A stretch of 64,000 bases of DNA from the human T2T-CHM13v2.0 reference genome, Homo sapiens: NCBI RefSeq assembly GCF_009914755.1, contig NC_060943.1; one strand, given 5' to 3'. Both the position numbers and the translations under genes were made by a program. Under the pieces are notes generated by a model. It saw only the letters and a list, made by a program, of their open reading frames with translations, made no database searches and had not been told where the DNA came from. Positions 35,737 to 54,726 of the stretch are shown one piece after another (position 1 is the first letter of the stretch; every line of letters starts with the position of its first letter).

Positions 35737-36880
35737 GTTCTTGGCATTTTTAACAAAGAATTGGACGAAACACACAAAGCAACAAAAGAAGCAACAAAAG
35801 CATAGCTGTATTGAAACAAAAATGCACTTCACAGAGTGGGAGCAGGCCCAAGCAAGGCTCAAAAGCACTGGTCGCAGAATTTTCTGGGGTTTAAATACCC
35901 TCTAGATGTTTCCCATTGGTCACTTGGTTTACACCCTATGAAATAGTGGCCCATGACCAGTCTGATTGGTTGTGGAAGGTGACCAAGCAGAGGCTGAAGT
36001 GAAGTTACAAAGTTACGCTCTATGCAGATGTCTGACTGGTTGCAGGAGGGGACCAATCCGAGGCACTTTCCATTTTTCATCTGCAACACAGAAAGTTGGG
36101 GGGAGTTGCAAAGGGAGTAGCCTCTGATCCTTTTGTTACGTGGGCATGGAAATTTAGGGTTTTCCTTTTGATTCCGTTCATGAAGTCAGCATGAATCAGC
36201 CTTAGGCTCCCTGCCCCCAGACCCTATTCTCCTGCCTCACTGGCAACCACTGATCTTTATCCTGTCTCCATAGTTTTGCCTTTTTCAGAATGTCATAGTT
36301 GGGGTCATTCACTACGTAGCCTTTTCCGACTGGCTGCTTTCACTAAGCAACATGCATCGTGTGTATCTTCATACCACCCTCTCACGTTTCCCCCAGGCTG
36401 GAGATGTTGAGTTTATCTGAATTTTTCTCGTGTCTTCCTGCTCCTCCTTCCTTGTAACTCTCTCGCCTGCAGCCTCTGTTATTTCTTCCTCTGAAGGTGC
36501 ACCCAGGCTTACTTATCTACCCTCCTCCCTGGGCCATGCCCTGCACACCATACCTCAGTCATGTCATCCTGGATTCTGTTTACTGTCAGTCTTTCTGTTT
36601 GGCATAGGCATCCCTCTTGGCTGGCCTGTGAGGACAGCCCCTTTCCTCATTTCATGCTCCTAATGGAGAAGCCACTGCAAGATATTTAATGTCCTTCACC
36701 TGATTTTCCATGGCCACGCAAAACCTGGACACAACTCAGCCACCCACTGACTTCTTTCCTGCTTCTCATCCTCAAATACCCTTCATTGGGCTGTTGTTTC
36801 TTTTGAAAACATCCTCCCATGAGGGATTCCACAGTGATTCCCCAGAGGAACCACAGAGTTGGGATGAGGACAGTGCAAGT

Positions 36881-37060
36881 GTGAGAGTGCTGGGTGTGAG
36901 GGCACTGGGTGTGAGGGCACCAGGTGTGAGGGTGCTGGGTGCGAGGGCACCAGGTGTGAGGGTGCTGGGTGTGAGGGCACCAGGTGTGAGGGTGCTGGGT
37001 GTGAGGGCACCACGTGTGAGAGTGCTGGGTGTGAGGGCACCAGGTGTGAGGGTGCTGGGT
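36881..37060. repeat. Minisatellite, 12 x 15 bp, alternating GTGAGGGTGCTGGGT and GTGAGGGCACCAGGT
   Basis: Units counted directly; 30-bp higher-order period. Confidence 0.97.
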
Positions 37061-37812
37061 GCATGCAAGGATCTTGCCCAGGAGGGAAGAGAGCTTTTGA
37101 TTGAGAGGAGGGAAACATCCTCTCAGAAGTCAAGGGATGGCCACAGAGTGTAGTTAATGTGTTGCCAAAGGATCCTTGTGTCCTCATGAGCTCAGAGAGT
37201 GAGGCATGAGAACTTGAGGTAGGCCGCAGTAGTGTTGACCGTGGTGGCCATGCAAACATAATGAACAGAGTGACAAGCAGAGTGGAGGATCTTTAGGACC
37301 TGGACAAGGATCCTGAGCTGGGAGCCTCTGCCACTCATTTTTAGAGGCTCCGTATCTTCAACAGAGAGGAATCCCCACCAGGACAATAACAAGGATGGCA
37401 AGATCAACCATATTTTGTAATATCAGTGCCAGACACTGTGTGAGGCTCACATAGTGATTCATTGATGCCTCAAAATAAATCTTGTAGGCTAAACATTCTT
37501 ACTCCGGGCTACAGCAAGGAAAATGAACCTCTAAGAGGCTAAGGACCTGTCTGAAGTGGCAAACGGTGGAGCCCAGATGCAGCCAGTCATGCTGATCATG
37601 CTGCTTCAGAGACCATGCAGTCTTTTCTGGAGAGTCTTCTATTGGGTCAATTCTGGAATGCTTAAATAAGTTTTTCTCTGTTTGCAGCCTGAAGAAATGG
37701 TAGAATTGGTGCATTAAGAATATGAAGTCAGTGTTGATGTCTGAGATGCAATTATGAGATCCAGAAGTGGAACAGAAACTGATATTCTAGGACTAAGCAC
37801 CAGTTAGGAGTC

Positions 37813-38170
37813 TGTGTTTGCTTCCTGTGGCTGCTGTAAAAAATTTCCACCAACCTGTTGGCTTAAAACAATGCAAATTTATTCTCTAAAAGTTCTGGAG
37901 GCCACAAGTCCAAAATCAATGTCACTGGATCAAAATCAAGGTGTTGATATGGTTGTGCTCCCTCTGGATGCTCCAAATGGAAAACACATTTCTGTCTTTT
38001 CCTTCTCCTGTTGGTTGCAGCATTCTTTCCAGTCTTCAGATATCTTCTGCTGTGTCTTCTCATCACCTCCTCTGTGTTTCAAATCTCCCTCTGCCTTTCT
38101 CCTATAGGAACACTTGTGATTACATTTAGAGCCCCCCTGGATAGTACAGAAAAAAAATCCCCATTTAAAA
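37813..38170. mobile_element. MLT1-type MaLR LTR fragment (others at ~5560-6290, 23000-24190, 24427-24750, 52610-53040, 58487-59510, 61729-62692)
   Basis: MaLR hallmarks such as 'ggcttaaaacaa...tttattctc...gttctggaggccacaagtccaaaatcaa' and 'acacttgtgattacatttag'. Confidence 0.7.
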
Positions 38171-38540
38171 ATTTTTAGCAGGGTGTGGTAGCAGGCACCT
38201 GTAATCCCAGCTACTCAGGAGGCTGAGGCAGGAGGATCACTTGAACCTGGGAGGTGGAGTTGCAGTTAGCCAAGATAATGCCACTTCACTTCAGCCTGGG
38301 CAACAGAGCCAGGCTCTGTCTCAAAAATAAACAAAACAAAATAAAATAAAAATACTAATCACAGAAGGGTACATTGGCTTGGCTGTAATCCCAGCACTTT
38401 GGGAGGCCAGTCGGGGAGGATCACAAGAGCCCAGGAGTTTGAGGCTGCAGTGAGCCATGATTGTGCTGTTATCCGGTCTGTTCAACAGAGCAAGATCCTG
38501 ACTGTAGAAAACTAAGTAAATAATAATAATAAAATTCTAA

Positions 38541-38819
<279 letters not shown>

Positions 38820-39260
38820 TAGACTACAGGCGCCCACCACCACACCTGGCTAATTTTTTTTTTATTTTTATTAGAGATGAGGTTTTACCATGTTGACCAA
38901 GCTGGTCTCTAACTCCTGACCTCAGGTGATCCACCTGCCTCAGCCTCCCAAAGTTCTGGGATTACAGGTGTGAGCCACTGCACCTGGCCCCTCCCTGCTT
39001 ATTCTTATTCTTCTGCCCTCTATTTGGGGACTAGTGTTACTTAGTCACTTCTTTATTATGTTTGCTTGTATTTTGCACTTTACCACTGATACCATGTTTG
39101 CTGATCCATCCCTCCCTTTCACAGCCTGCATACGGATTACAGTTTGTAGTTTGGAAACAAACCAGAGACACTTCCATTAAACAGTTGTCTCCTTCATCTC
39201 CCCCTCCCCCTCCCCCTCTGATGCTTCTCCAGTAACTTAGGCATTTTGGATTTCTTTCAG

Positions 39261-41164
39261 ACTGGAAAGCTACCCTTGAGGAGAATAGGTTGAATTCTGA
39301 AAAAGATCGAGCTAGGGAAGAACTATCCCACCACGTGGAAGTGTACAGGAGTGGACCGGAGGAGCCACCCTCTTTGGTATTAGGAAAAGTGCAAGATCAG
39401 AGCAACCAGTTAAGGGAACACCAGGAGAACTCCTTGAGGTTCATGGTACTCACCTCAGAGAGACTGTTTGCTCAAAGGGAACATTGTGAGCTTGAACTTG
39501 GGGGAGGTTATTCTCTACCTTCTACTTTAAGCCTTCTACCTACAACATTACCTACAAGTACAGGTTTCCCTAAGCCCAACTCACAAGTTAAAGAGTTGAA
39601 ACAAAATTCAGCTTTCATTAATCATGAGAAAAATGGAGCAGATGGGAAGCACTGTGAGAGTCATCAGTGTGCTAGAGCTTTCTGTCAGAGTATTTACTTG
39701 AGTAAACTTGGAAACGTTGAAACAGGAAAGAAAAACCCTTATGAATATATTGTCAGTGGTGACTCTCTCAACTATGGTTCCTCCCTTTGTTTTCATGGTA
39801 GAACTTTTTCAGTGAAGAAAAGTGATGACTGTAAGGATTATGGAAACCTCTTCAGTCACAGTGTGTCTCTGAATGAACAGAAGCCAGTGCATTTTGGGAA
39901 AAGTCAGTATGAGTGTGATGAGTGCAGGGAAACCTGTTCTGAGAGTCTGTGCCTTGTACAAACAGAAAGAAGTGGCCCTGGAGAGACCCCCTTCAGATGT
40001 GAGGAACGCTGTGCTGCCTTCCCCATGGCCTCATCTTTTTCTGACTGTAACATCATTCAGACTACAGAGAAGCCATCTGTGTGTAATCAGTGTGGAAAAT
40101 CTTTCAGCTGTTGTAAGCTCATACACCAGAGAACACACACTGGAGAAAAGCCCTTCGAATGTACTCAGTGTGGGAAATCTTTTAGCCAGAGCTATGACCT
40201 TGTCATACATCAGAGGACACACACTGGAGAGAAGCCCTATGAGTGTGACCTGTGTGGGAAATCCTTCACCCAGAGATCCAAACTTATTACACATCAGCGA
40301 ATTCACACTGGAGAAAAACCGTATCAGTGTATTGAATGCAGAAAATCCTTCAGGTGGAACTCTAACCTCATTGTACATCAGAGAATTCATACTGGAGAGA
40401 AACCGTATGAGTGCACTCACTGTGGAAAGTCCTTCAGCCAAAGCTATGAGTTAGTTACACATAAAAGAACGCACACTGGAGAAAAACCCTTCAAATGTAC
40501 TCAGTGTGGGAAATCTTTCAGCCAGAAGTATGACCTTGTTGTACATCAGAGGACACACACTGGAGAGAAGCCCTATGAGTGCAACCTGTGTGGGAAATCC
40601 TTCTCCCAGAGTTCCAAACTTATTACGCATCAGCGAATTCACACTGGAGAAAAACCGTATCAGTGTATTGAATGTGGGAAATCCTTCAGATGGAACTCTA
40701 ACCTCGTCATACATCAGAGAATTCATACTGGAGAGAAACCGTACGATTGCACTCACTGTGGAAAGTCCTTCAGCCAAAGCTATCAGTTAGTTGCACATAA
40801 AAGAACTCACACTGGAGAAAAGCCCTATGAATGTAACGAGTGTGGAAAAGCCTTCAATCGAAGCACTCAGCTCATCAGGCATCTGCAAATTCACACTGGG
40901 GAGAAGCCGTACAAATGCAATCAGTGCAATAAAGCCTTTGCAAGGAGCTCCTACCTTGTGATGCATCAGAGAACTCACACTGGTGAGAAACCTTTTGAGT
41001 GTAGTCAGTGTGGGAAAGCCTTTTCAGGGAGCTCTAACCTTCTTTCCCATCACAGAATTCATTCTGGAGAGAAACCCTATGAATGTAGTGACTGTGGGAA
41101 ATCCTTCCGGCAGCGATCTCAACTTGTAGTGCATCGGCGGACACATACTGGAGAGAAACCTTAG
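39261..41164 (+). CDS. ZNF544: ZNF544 terminal coding exon: spacer plus 13 C2H2 fingers (first one atypical)
   Basis: Acceptor tttctttcag| at 39260, phase 1 matching KRAB-B. Spliced CDS 33+127+84+1904 = 2148 nt = 715 aa, ending ...HTGEKP*. Confidence 0.97.
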
Positions 41165-41701
<537 letters not shown>

Positions 41702-42029
41702 CTACAAAAAATACAAAAATTAGCCTAGCATGGTGGCGCATACCTGTAGTCCTAGCTACTCAGGAGGCTGAGGTGGGAGGATCACTTGAGCTTGGGAGGC
41801 GGTTGTTGCAGTGAGCTGTGATCATGCCATCACACCGCTGCCTTGTGAGAGATTGAGACACTCTAAATAAATAATAACCAAGATGGGAAATTTCCCTGCC
41901 AGACCTTGTTTACTAGAAATCAGGTGGCCAAAACATGACTCTCAGAGTGGGGCTTCATGACCATGTGCATCAGAATTGCCTGGAGTGTGCACTGAAACTG
42001 TGTATTACCAAGCTCACTCTAGCCAACTA

Positions 42030-42199
<170 letters not shown>

Positions 42200-42653
42200 C
42201 TATTAAAAATACAGGCCAGGGGCTGGGCACGGTACCTCACACCTGTAATCCCAGCACTTAGGTAGGCCAAGGTGGGTGGATCACGAGGTCAGGAGATTGA
42301 GACCATCCTGGCTAATATGGTGAAACCCTGTCTCTACTAAAAATACAAAAAAATTAGCTAGGCATGGTGGCGGGCTCCTGTAGTCCCAGCTACTCAGGAG
42401 GCTGAGGCAGGAGAATGGCGCGAACATGGGAGGCGTAGCTTGCAGTGAGCTGAGATCACACTACTGCACTCCAGCCTGGGCAACAGAGCAAGACTGTCTC
42501 AAAAAAAAAAAAATACAGGCCAGGCGCAATGGCTCATGCCTGTAATCCCAGCATTTCGGGAGGCAAAGGCAGGCGGATCACCTGATGTCAGGAGTTCGAG
42601 ACCCACCTCACCAACATGGAGAAACCCCGTCTCGACGAAATATACGAAAATTA

Positions 42654-42788
<135 letters not shown>

Positions 42789-42950
42789 TCAAAAAAAAAA
42801 AAAAAAAGGACTCTGGTGAGGCTTGGTGGCTCATGCCTGTAATCCCAGCACCTTGGGAGGCTGAGGTGGGTGGATCACTTGAGGACAGGCATTCAAGACC
42901 AGCCTGGCCAACATGGCAAAACCCCATTTCTACTAAAAATACAAAAATTA

Positions 42951-43142
<192 letters not shown>

Positions 43143-43690
43143 TCATGCCTGTAATCCCAGCACTTTGGGAGACCGAGCGGCCAGGCAGATCACTTGAGCC
43201 CAGTAGATTGAGACCAGTCTGGGCAACATGTTGAGACCCCATCTCTACAAAAATTAGAATTAGCTGGGCATGGAGCTGCACACCTGTAGTCCCAGCTACT
43301 CAGGAGGCTGAGGCAGGAGTATTACTTGAGCCTGGGGGTGGGGGGGATGGTCTCACCTGCAGTGAGCTGAGATCACACCACTGCACTCCAGCCTAGGCAC
43401 CAGAGCAACACTGTGTCTCCAAAAACAACAAAATATTGGACTCTGAATATTTCAGGGATTCGGTTGTGCTTTAACTTTGTTGCTCAGTTGGTTTGATTGT
43501 AATCAGAACTGGCAGCATATTGGTATGGAAAATACTTATCAGGGGATGTGAAAACAGGAGCCCAAGTAGTATGTTCACAGAAGGTTACAAGCACATAATT
43601 TAAATTGGTCCACTCAGCAACATGTTTCCTAAAAGAAAAAAATGTAAATTGACAGTAGTGGGGAGACTGGAAGAGGCCATGTCTGCATAT

Positions 43691-43730
<40 letters not shown>

Positions 43731-44302
43731 GACAGTCTCACTCTGTTGCCCAGGCTGGAGTGCAGTGGTATGATCTCTGCTCACTGCAAGCTCCACCTCC
43801 TGGGTTCACGCTACTCTCCTGCCTCAACCTGCTGAGTAGCTGGGACTACAGGCACCCGTCACCACGTCTGTCTAATTTTTTGTACTTTTAGTAGAGACAA
43901 GGTTTCACCGTGTTAGCCAGGATGGTCTTGATCTCCTGACCTCATGATCCGCCCACCTCGGCCTCCCAAAGTGCTGGGATTACAGGCATGAGCCGCCACA
44001 CCCGGCCGCATTTATTTTTATTTTTTGACACAGGCTGTTGCTCTGTCACCCAGGCTGGAGTGCAGTGGCGCAGTCATGGCTCACTGCAGCCTCAGCCTGG
44101 ATCAACTGATCCTCCTGTCCTTGCCTCCTAAGTAGCTGGGACCATAGGCATGTGACATGAAGCCTGGCTAAATTTATTTTTTTAGAGACGAGGTCTCACC
44201 ATGTTGCCCAGGCTGGTCTTGAACTCCTGGGCCCAAGTGATCTCCAGCCTTGGCCTCCCAAAGTCCTGGGATTACAGGCATGAGCCATAGTGCATACTAT
44301 TA

Positions 44303-44623
<321 letters not shown>

Positions 44624-44743
44624 TCAAAAAAAAAAAAAAAAAAAAAAAAAAGGGCTGGGTGCGGTGGCTCACGCCTGTGATCCCGACACTTTGGGAGGCC
44701 AAGGAGGGTGGATCACGAGGTCAGATCAAGACCATCCTGGCTA

Positions 44744-45170
<427 letters not shown>

Positions 45171-45417
45171 TTAAAGTAGGGAAGGAGTCATGTGCTAAAA
45201 GATTAGTTCAGGGGACAAGGGAATCTGATGTATTTTGCTCTGCAGCAAGGGCTGCTTTATTCTGGCATTTCAGAACTTTTTACCTGATAGCTGGTTCTCG
45301 CCCTCTTCACCCTCGAGCAAAGCGTACTGTTAAAGCAGCCCCGCCTGTCTGTGGAGCTTCCTGTCTGCTTTCTGATAGTCTCTTCAATATGGGTGGGAGG
45401 CAAGGAGCAAAAGATAA

Positions 45418-45802
<385 letters not shown>

Positions 45803-46166
45803 TAACGTAAAAGTGAGTCAAGAAAGGGTTACAAGGCCGGGTGTGGTGGCTCATGCCTGTAATCCCAGTACTTTGGGAGGCCGAGGCGGTCGGATCGTGG
45901 GGTCAGGAGGTCGAGACCAGCCTGATCAACATGGTGAAACCCCATATCTACTAAAAATACAATACAAACATTAGCTGAGTGTGGTGGTGGGCGCCTGTAA
46001 TCCCAGCTACTTGGGAGGCTGAGGCAGAGGTTGCAGTGAGCCGAGATCATGCCATTGCACTCCAGCCTGGGTGACAGAGCGAGACTCCATCTAAAAAAAA
46101 AAAGGTCTGGTGCGGTGGCTCACGCCTGTAATCCCAGCACTTCGGGAGGCCGAGGCAAGCGTATCA

Positions 46167-46436
<270 letters not shown>

Positions 46437-46801
46437 TCACGCCTATAATCCCAACACTTTGGGAGGCCGAGGCGGGCGGATCACCTGAGGTTGGGAGTTT
46501 GAGATCAGCCTGACCAACATGGAGAAACCCTGTTTCTACTAAAAATACAAAATTAGCCGGGCATGGTGGTGCATGCCTGTAATCCCAGCTACTCAGGAGT
46601 CTAAGGCAGGAGAATCGCTTGAACCTGGGAGGTGGAGATTGCAGTGAGCCGAGGTCTAGTGCCATTACACTCCAGCCTGGGCAACAAGAGCGAAACTCCG
46701 TCTCAGAAAAAATAAATAAAAATAAAAAATAAGATACTTTGATAAAATAGAACAATGAGAACCAGAACAGGCTCTTTGAAATTACAAGTAAGATTGTTCA
46801 A

Positions 46802-47415
46802 TGTTATAGATACAATGTTTATTGAGAAACAGAATGCTTGTTGCCTGGTGCTGCAAAGAAATAGCACTCAAAACATAAATTTAATTCTCTCAGCAAGGCC
46901 GTTTTTACTTTCTGCAGAAAGGGTGCTCATCACAGATGGAACAATGGCAAGAGCACACCTGAACAAAGGAGGGAAGCAATTTTTATTCCTTAGGCAGTTT
47001 GTCCCTGCTACTGTGTCCTGTCTCCGTTGGCTGGAGCCAGCCTGCACAATCTAAACTAAAACTAGATTAGCTAACAGTTTAAAACTTTTCTAAATAGGTA
47101 AAAGTAGTGGAAAGACGAAGGAAAACAGGAAGTTGCTTATGCCAGATATGGAAGGAGCATAGGCTGTGAGCTGGAACGTGACCATGAGCATGTCCAGCAC
47201 AAATAACTTGGTTAAGGTACAGGGACATAGAACGTACTACGTGCCTGTGAGCATGTTTACCAGCTACATAGGATAGGGCCTAACAAAGACTTACTAGCAC
47301 AAAGCAAGGAGGTTTCAAGGAAGTTAGTTTATAAAAGAAACTATTATTTTTTAACACTTATGATTTATTCTTTAACAAGAAGGGAAACTTTGAAGAGGAA
47401 CTTTTACTTTCCACA
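46802..47415 (-). mobile_element. Solo LTR, LTR10 family (HERV-I-related)
   Basis: Minus strand starts TGTGGAAAGTAAAAGTTCCTCTTCAAAG; contains 'tctctcagcaaggcc...actttctgcagaaagggtgc'. The left boundary could be 46802 or 46816. Subfamily not determined. Confidence 0.75.
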
Positions 47416-47684
47416 TTGAACAAATAAGTAAGAAAAAGAAAGGGAAACTTCCCCAGGGCTGAAAGGAAATTTTCAGGTCATGCCATTATTATCAGAATTA
47501 ATAAGACCCATGCATCGTGGAAAACTGAGAACACCACGATTAAAAACAGATGGCAGGCTGGGCGTGGTGGCTCACGCCTGTAATCCCAGCTCTTTGGGAG
47601 GCTGAGGCAGGCAGATCACCTGAAGTCAAGAGTTTGAGACCAGCCTGGCCGACATTGTGAAACCTCATCTCTAATAAAAATTCA

Positions 47685-48101
<417 letters not shown>

Positions 48102-48694
48102 CTAGGTTAGGAGTTTGAGACCAGCCTGGCCAAGATGGTGAAACCCTGTCTCTACTAAAGATACAAAAATTAGCCAAGTGTGGTGATAAATGCCTGCAAT
48201 CCCAGCTACTCAGGAGGCTGACGCAGGAGTATCACTTGAACCTGGGAGGCAGAGGTTGCAGTGAGTCTAGATCATGCCACTGGACTCCAGCCTGGGCGAC
48301 AGAATGAGACTCTGTCTCAAAACAGAGCAAATGGCATGGCAGAACCTTCTCTAGAGAAAATAGTTTTGAATCTAAGAAAGGAATAGCTTTAATCTAGAAA
48401 AGGAATAGGGTAAGAAAAGGAATGTTTATTCACCCATAACTTAAAAAAAAAGGTAATTTTAATTGAAGGCTTCAAGGTAAATTGTGCTCAAACTATACAA
48501 ATTCTGCTAGATGGTTATAGTTCCTATGTGAAGGTAACTTTAGAAAGTAGTGTTCACTTGACACTGATGTGAGTAATTCTTGCTGGAGGGGGCAAAAAGC
48601 TCATGAAATTTGAATAAAGGAGGAGGAGATGCAGTCAGATTGTTGATTGACCCTTCAGGGAATGGCATTTGCATAGCTGTGACATGAACCCTAG

Positions 48695-48823
<129 letters not shown>

Positions 48824-49635
48824 TGAGTAGCTGGGATTACAGGCACGTGCCACCACGCCCAGCTAATTTTTGTATTTTTAGTAGACACAGGGTTTCACCA
48901 TGTTGGTCAGGATGGTCTCCAACTCCTCACCTTGTGATCCGCCCACCTCGGCATCCCAAAGTGCTGGGATTACAGGCATGAGCCATTGCACCCGGCCTGT
49001 ATTGGCTTTTAATTTTTAGGAAGTAACACATGGCTGTGACCTGACAACTTCATAGTGGCCGTAGGGTAGGGCACTGTTGTCATTATTCCTGTCACTGACA
49101 ATGTCAGCCCCACCTGCAGATGTGGGAGAGTAGATGGGGAAAGTAGTAGTGGAGAGTAGAGGTTTCCCTTACCATCCTTTTAGGAAGTAGGCTTTTAAAC
49201 ATGATATGTAAGTTTATTTAGAAGATGAAAATTAAAGCTTGAAATGTAATATGAGAGGAATTGGCAGCGGATGTGAGTCAGATCCTCACCTGTCAGAGCA
49301 GGAAGTTAGTGAAAACTAAAGATGATTGGCTGGATGCGGTGGCTTATGCCTGTAATCCCAGCACTTTGGGAGGCTGAGGTGGGTGGATCACCTGAGGTCA
49401 GGAGTTTGAGACCAGCCTGGCCAACATGGTGAAACTCTGTCTCTACTAAAAATACAAAGATTAGCCCAGCGTGGTGGTGGGCACCTGTAATCCCAGCTAC
49501 TCAGGAGGCTGAGGCAGGAGAATCGTTTGAACCCAGGAAGTGGAGGTTGCAGTGAGCTGAGATTGCATCACTGTGCTCCAGCCTGGGCAACAGAGTCAGA
49601 CTCCGTCTCCAGGAAAAAAAAAAAAAAAAAGACTA

Positions 49636-49890
<255 letters not shown>

Positions 49891-50252
49891 TCAGGAAGCT
49901 GAGTTGGGAGGATTCTTTGACCCCAGGAGGTTGAGGCTGCAGTTAGCTGTTATTATATCACTGCACTCCAGCCTATGTGACAGTGTGAGACCCTATCTCA
50001 AAAAAAAAGTGATGTCGGGAGGCTGAGAGGATGAGTGACTGGGGCAGGAGATGAGTACATTCCCTTTTAAGCCCATAGCATTTAATTCCCTGGTGGTTCA
50101 CTTCTTATTTGGATAACTAACAAATTATTTCAAATGTGTGCCTATAGGTGAGAGAAGCAATGGTACATGAGGAGGTAAGCATTTGATTTGTGGGATTATG
50201 AACAACTGTCCTACTCTCCTTTTGATTCGGTGTCTCTGTATTAGTGATCTGA

Positions 50253-50342
<90 letters not shown>

Positions 50343-50449
50343 TGAGGTCAGGAGTTGAAGACCAGCCTGGCCGACATGGTGAAACCCTGTCCCCACTAAA
50401 AATGCAAAAATTATCTGGGCGTGGTGGTGGGTGCCTGTAATGCCAGCTA

Positions 50450-50593
<144 letters not shown>

Positions 50594-51062
50594 TCAGACT
50601 TGTCTGTTTGGCCAGTTTGAGTTTATTTCAGCAGGCAGGGCAGGAAGGTTCCTTGGCTTCCTAGAATCCCCTGGAGTTGGATGGGTGTGGTGGCTTACAC
50701 CTGTAATCCTAACAGACCAAGGCCCAGGTGGAAGGATCAACTGAGGCCGTGAGTTTGAGATTAGACTGGGCAACATGGCAGGACTCTGTCTCTGCAAGAA
50801 ATAAAAAACCAGGTGTGGTGGCACGCGCCTGTTGTTCCAGCTACTCAGGAGGCTGAGGTGTGAGATCACTTGAGCCTGAGAAGTTGAGGCTGCAGTGAGC
50901 TGAGATTGCACCACTGCATTCCAGCCTGGGCAACAGAGTGAGACCCTGTTTCTTTAAAAATAAAAATAAAAATAATCCCTTGGATTTAAAGGGAGTGGGT
51001 TAGTCCTTGAAGATTTGATTTTCCAGAATTCTTATCAAGAAGAAGTTGAGGCGGGAGAATCA

Positions 51063-51616
<554 letters not shown>

Positions 51617-51824
51617 TCATATTATCATATACTTTAATAGCACAACAAAATTACAAATTAATAATTGTGGGTATTTTAGAATATATATGAAACAGCTATT
51701 TGGTCAAAGAGGAAATAAAAATACTACATCTGTTTAAGTAAAAATAAGTACTCTGTATCAAACGATCAACATGAATACAAAATACCAAAGCTTGCCTAAA
51801 GCCTAGGCCGGGAACGATGGCTCA

Positions 51825-53865
<2,041 letters not shown>

Positions 53866-54025
53866 CAATAGACAAACTCCTACCTTATAATCAAGGAGAT
53901 AAACAAGAACTAGAAAAGAAAAAAAAAATAGGCTGGGCACCGTTTTTGTAATTCCAGCACTTTGGGAGGCCAAGGCGGATGGACTGCTTGAAATCAGGAG
54001 CTCAAGACCATCCTAGGCAACATCA

Positions 54026-54178
<153 letters not shown>

Positions 54179-54726
54179 TCAAAAAAAAAAAAAAAAAAAA
54201 AAAAAAGGAAAGAGGAAATAATAGGACATCAAAATCACAGATTCCACACCATTAGAACTAGGAGGAAAGCTGAGCCCAGTGACTGGCTCCAAAATGAATA
54301 CACAGGGCCGGGTGCAGTGGCGCATTCCTGTAATCCCAGCACTTTCAGAGGCTGAGGCAGATAAGATTGCTTTGAGCTCTGGAGTTCAAGACCAGCCTGG
54401 GCAACATGGCAAAATCCAGTCTCTACAAAAATTGGCCCAGTGTGGTGGCTCTCACCTGTGCTCCCAGCTACTCAGGAGGCTAAGGATGCAGGATCACTTG
54501 AGCCTGGGAATTGGAGGTTACAATGAGCCAAGATTGCAGCACTGCATTCCAGCTTGGACAACAGAGTGAGACCCTGTCTCAAAAAACAAATAAACAACAA
54601 AAAAAGAACACACAGGTTTCCCCTAAAGAGAATAGATCTTTGCACACCTGCCCCTACCTCTCCAACACTGGTGGCCACTGTGCAGGGGAAGGCAATAGAT
54701 CCTCCTAGTACCTTCTCTGCCTACAG

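Larger units (their letters stand above)
34748..36239 (-). mobile_element. 5' LTR of the provirus, split by an AluY plus LTR insertion
   Basis: 34748-34782 and 35749-36239 together are colinear with 27195-27724. Minus strand starts TGAGGCAGGAGAATAGGGTCTGG. Confidence 0.9.

Noticed and set aside
36710-37259. Repetitive ORFs (VRAPGVRVLG; TPGALTPSTL) resembling repeat proteins
   Set aside because: By-product of a stop-free 15-bp minisatellite; no supporting splice or start context.
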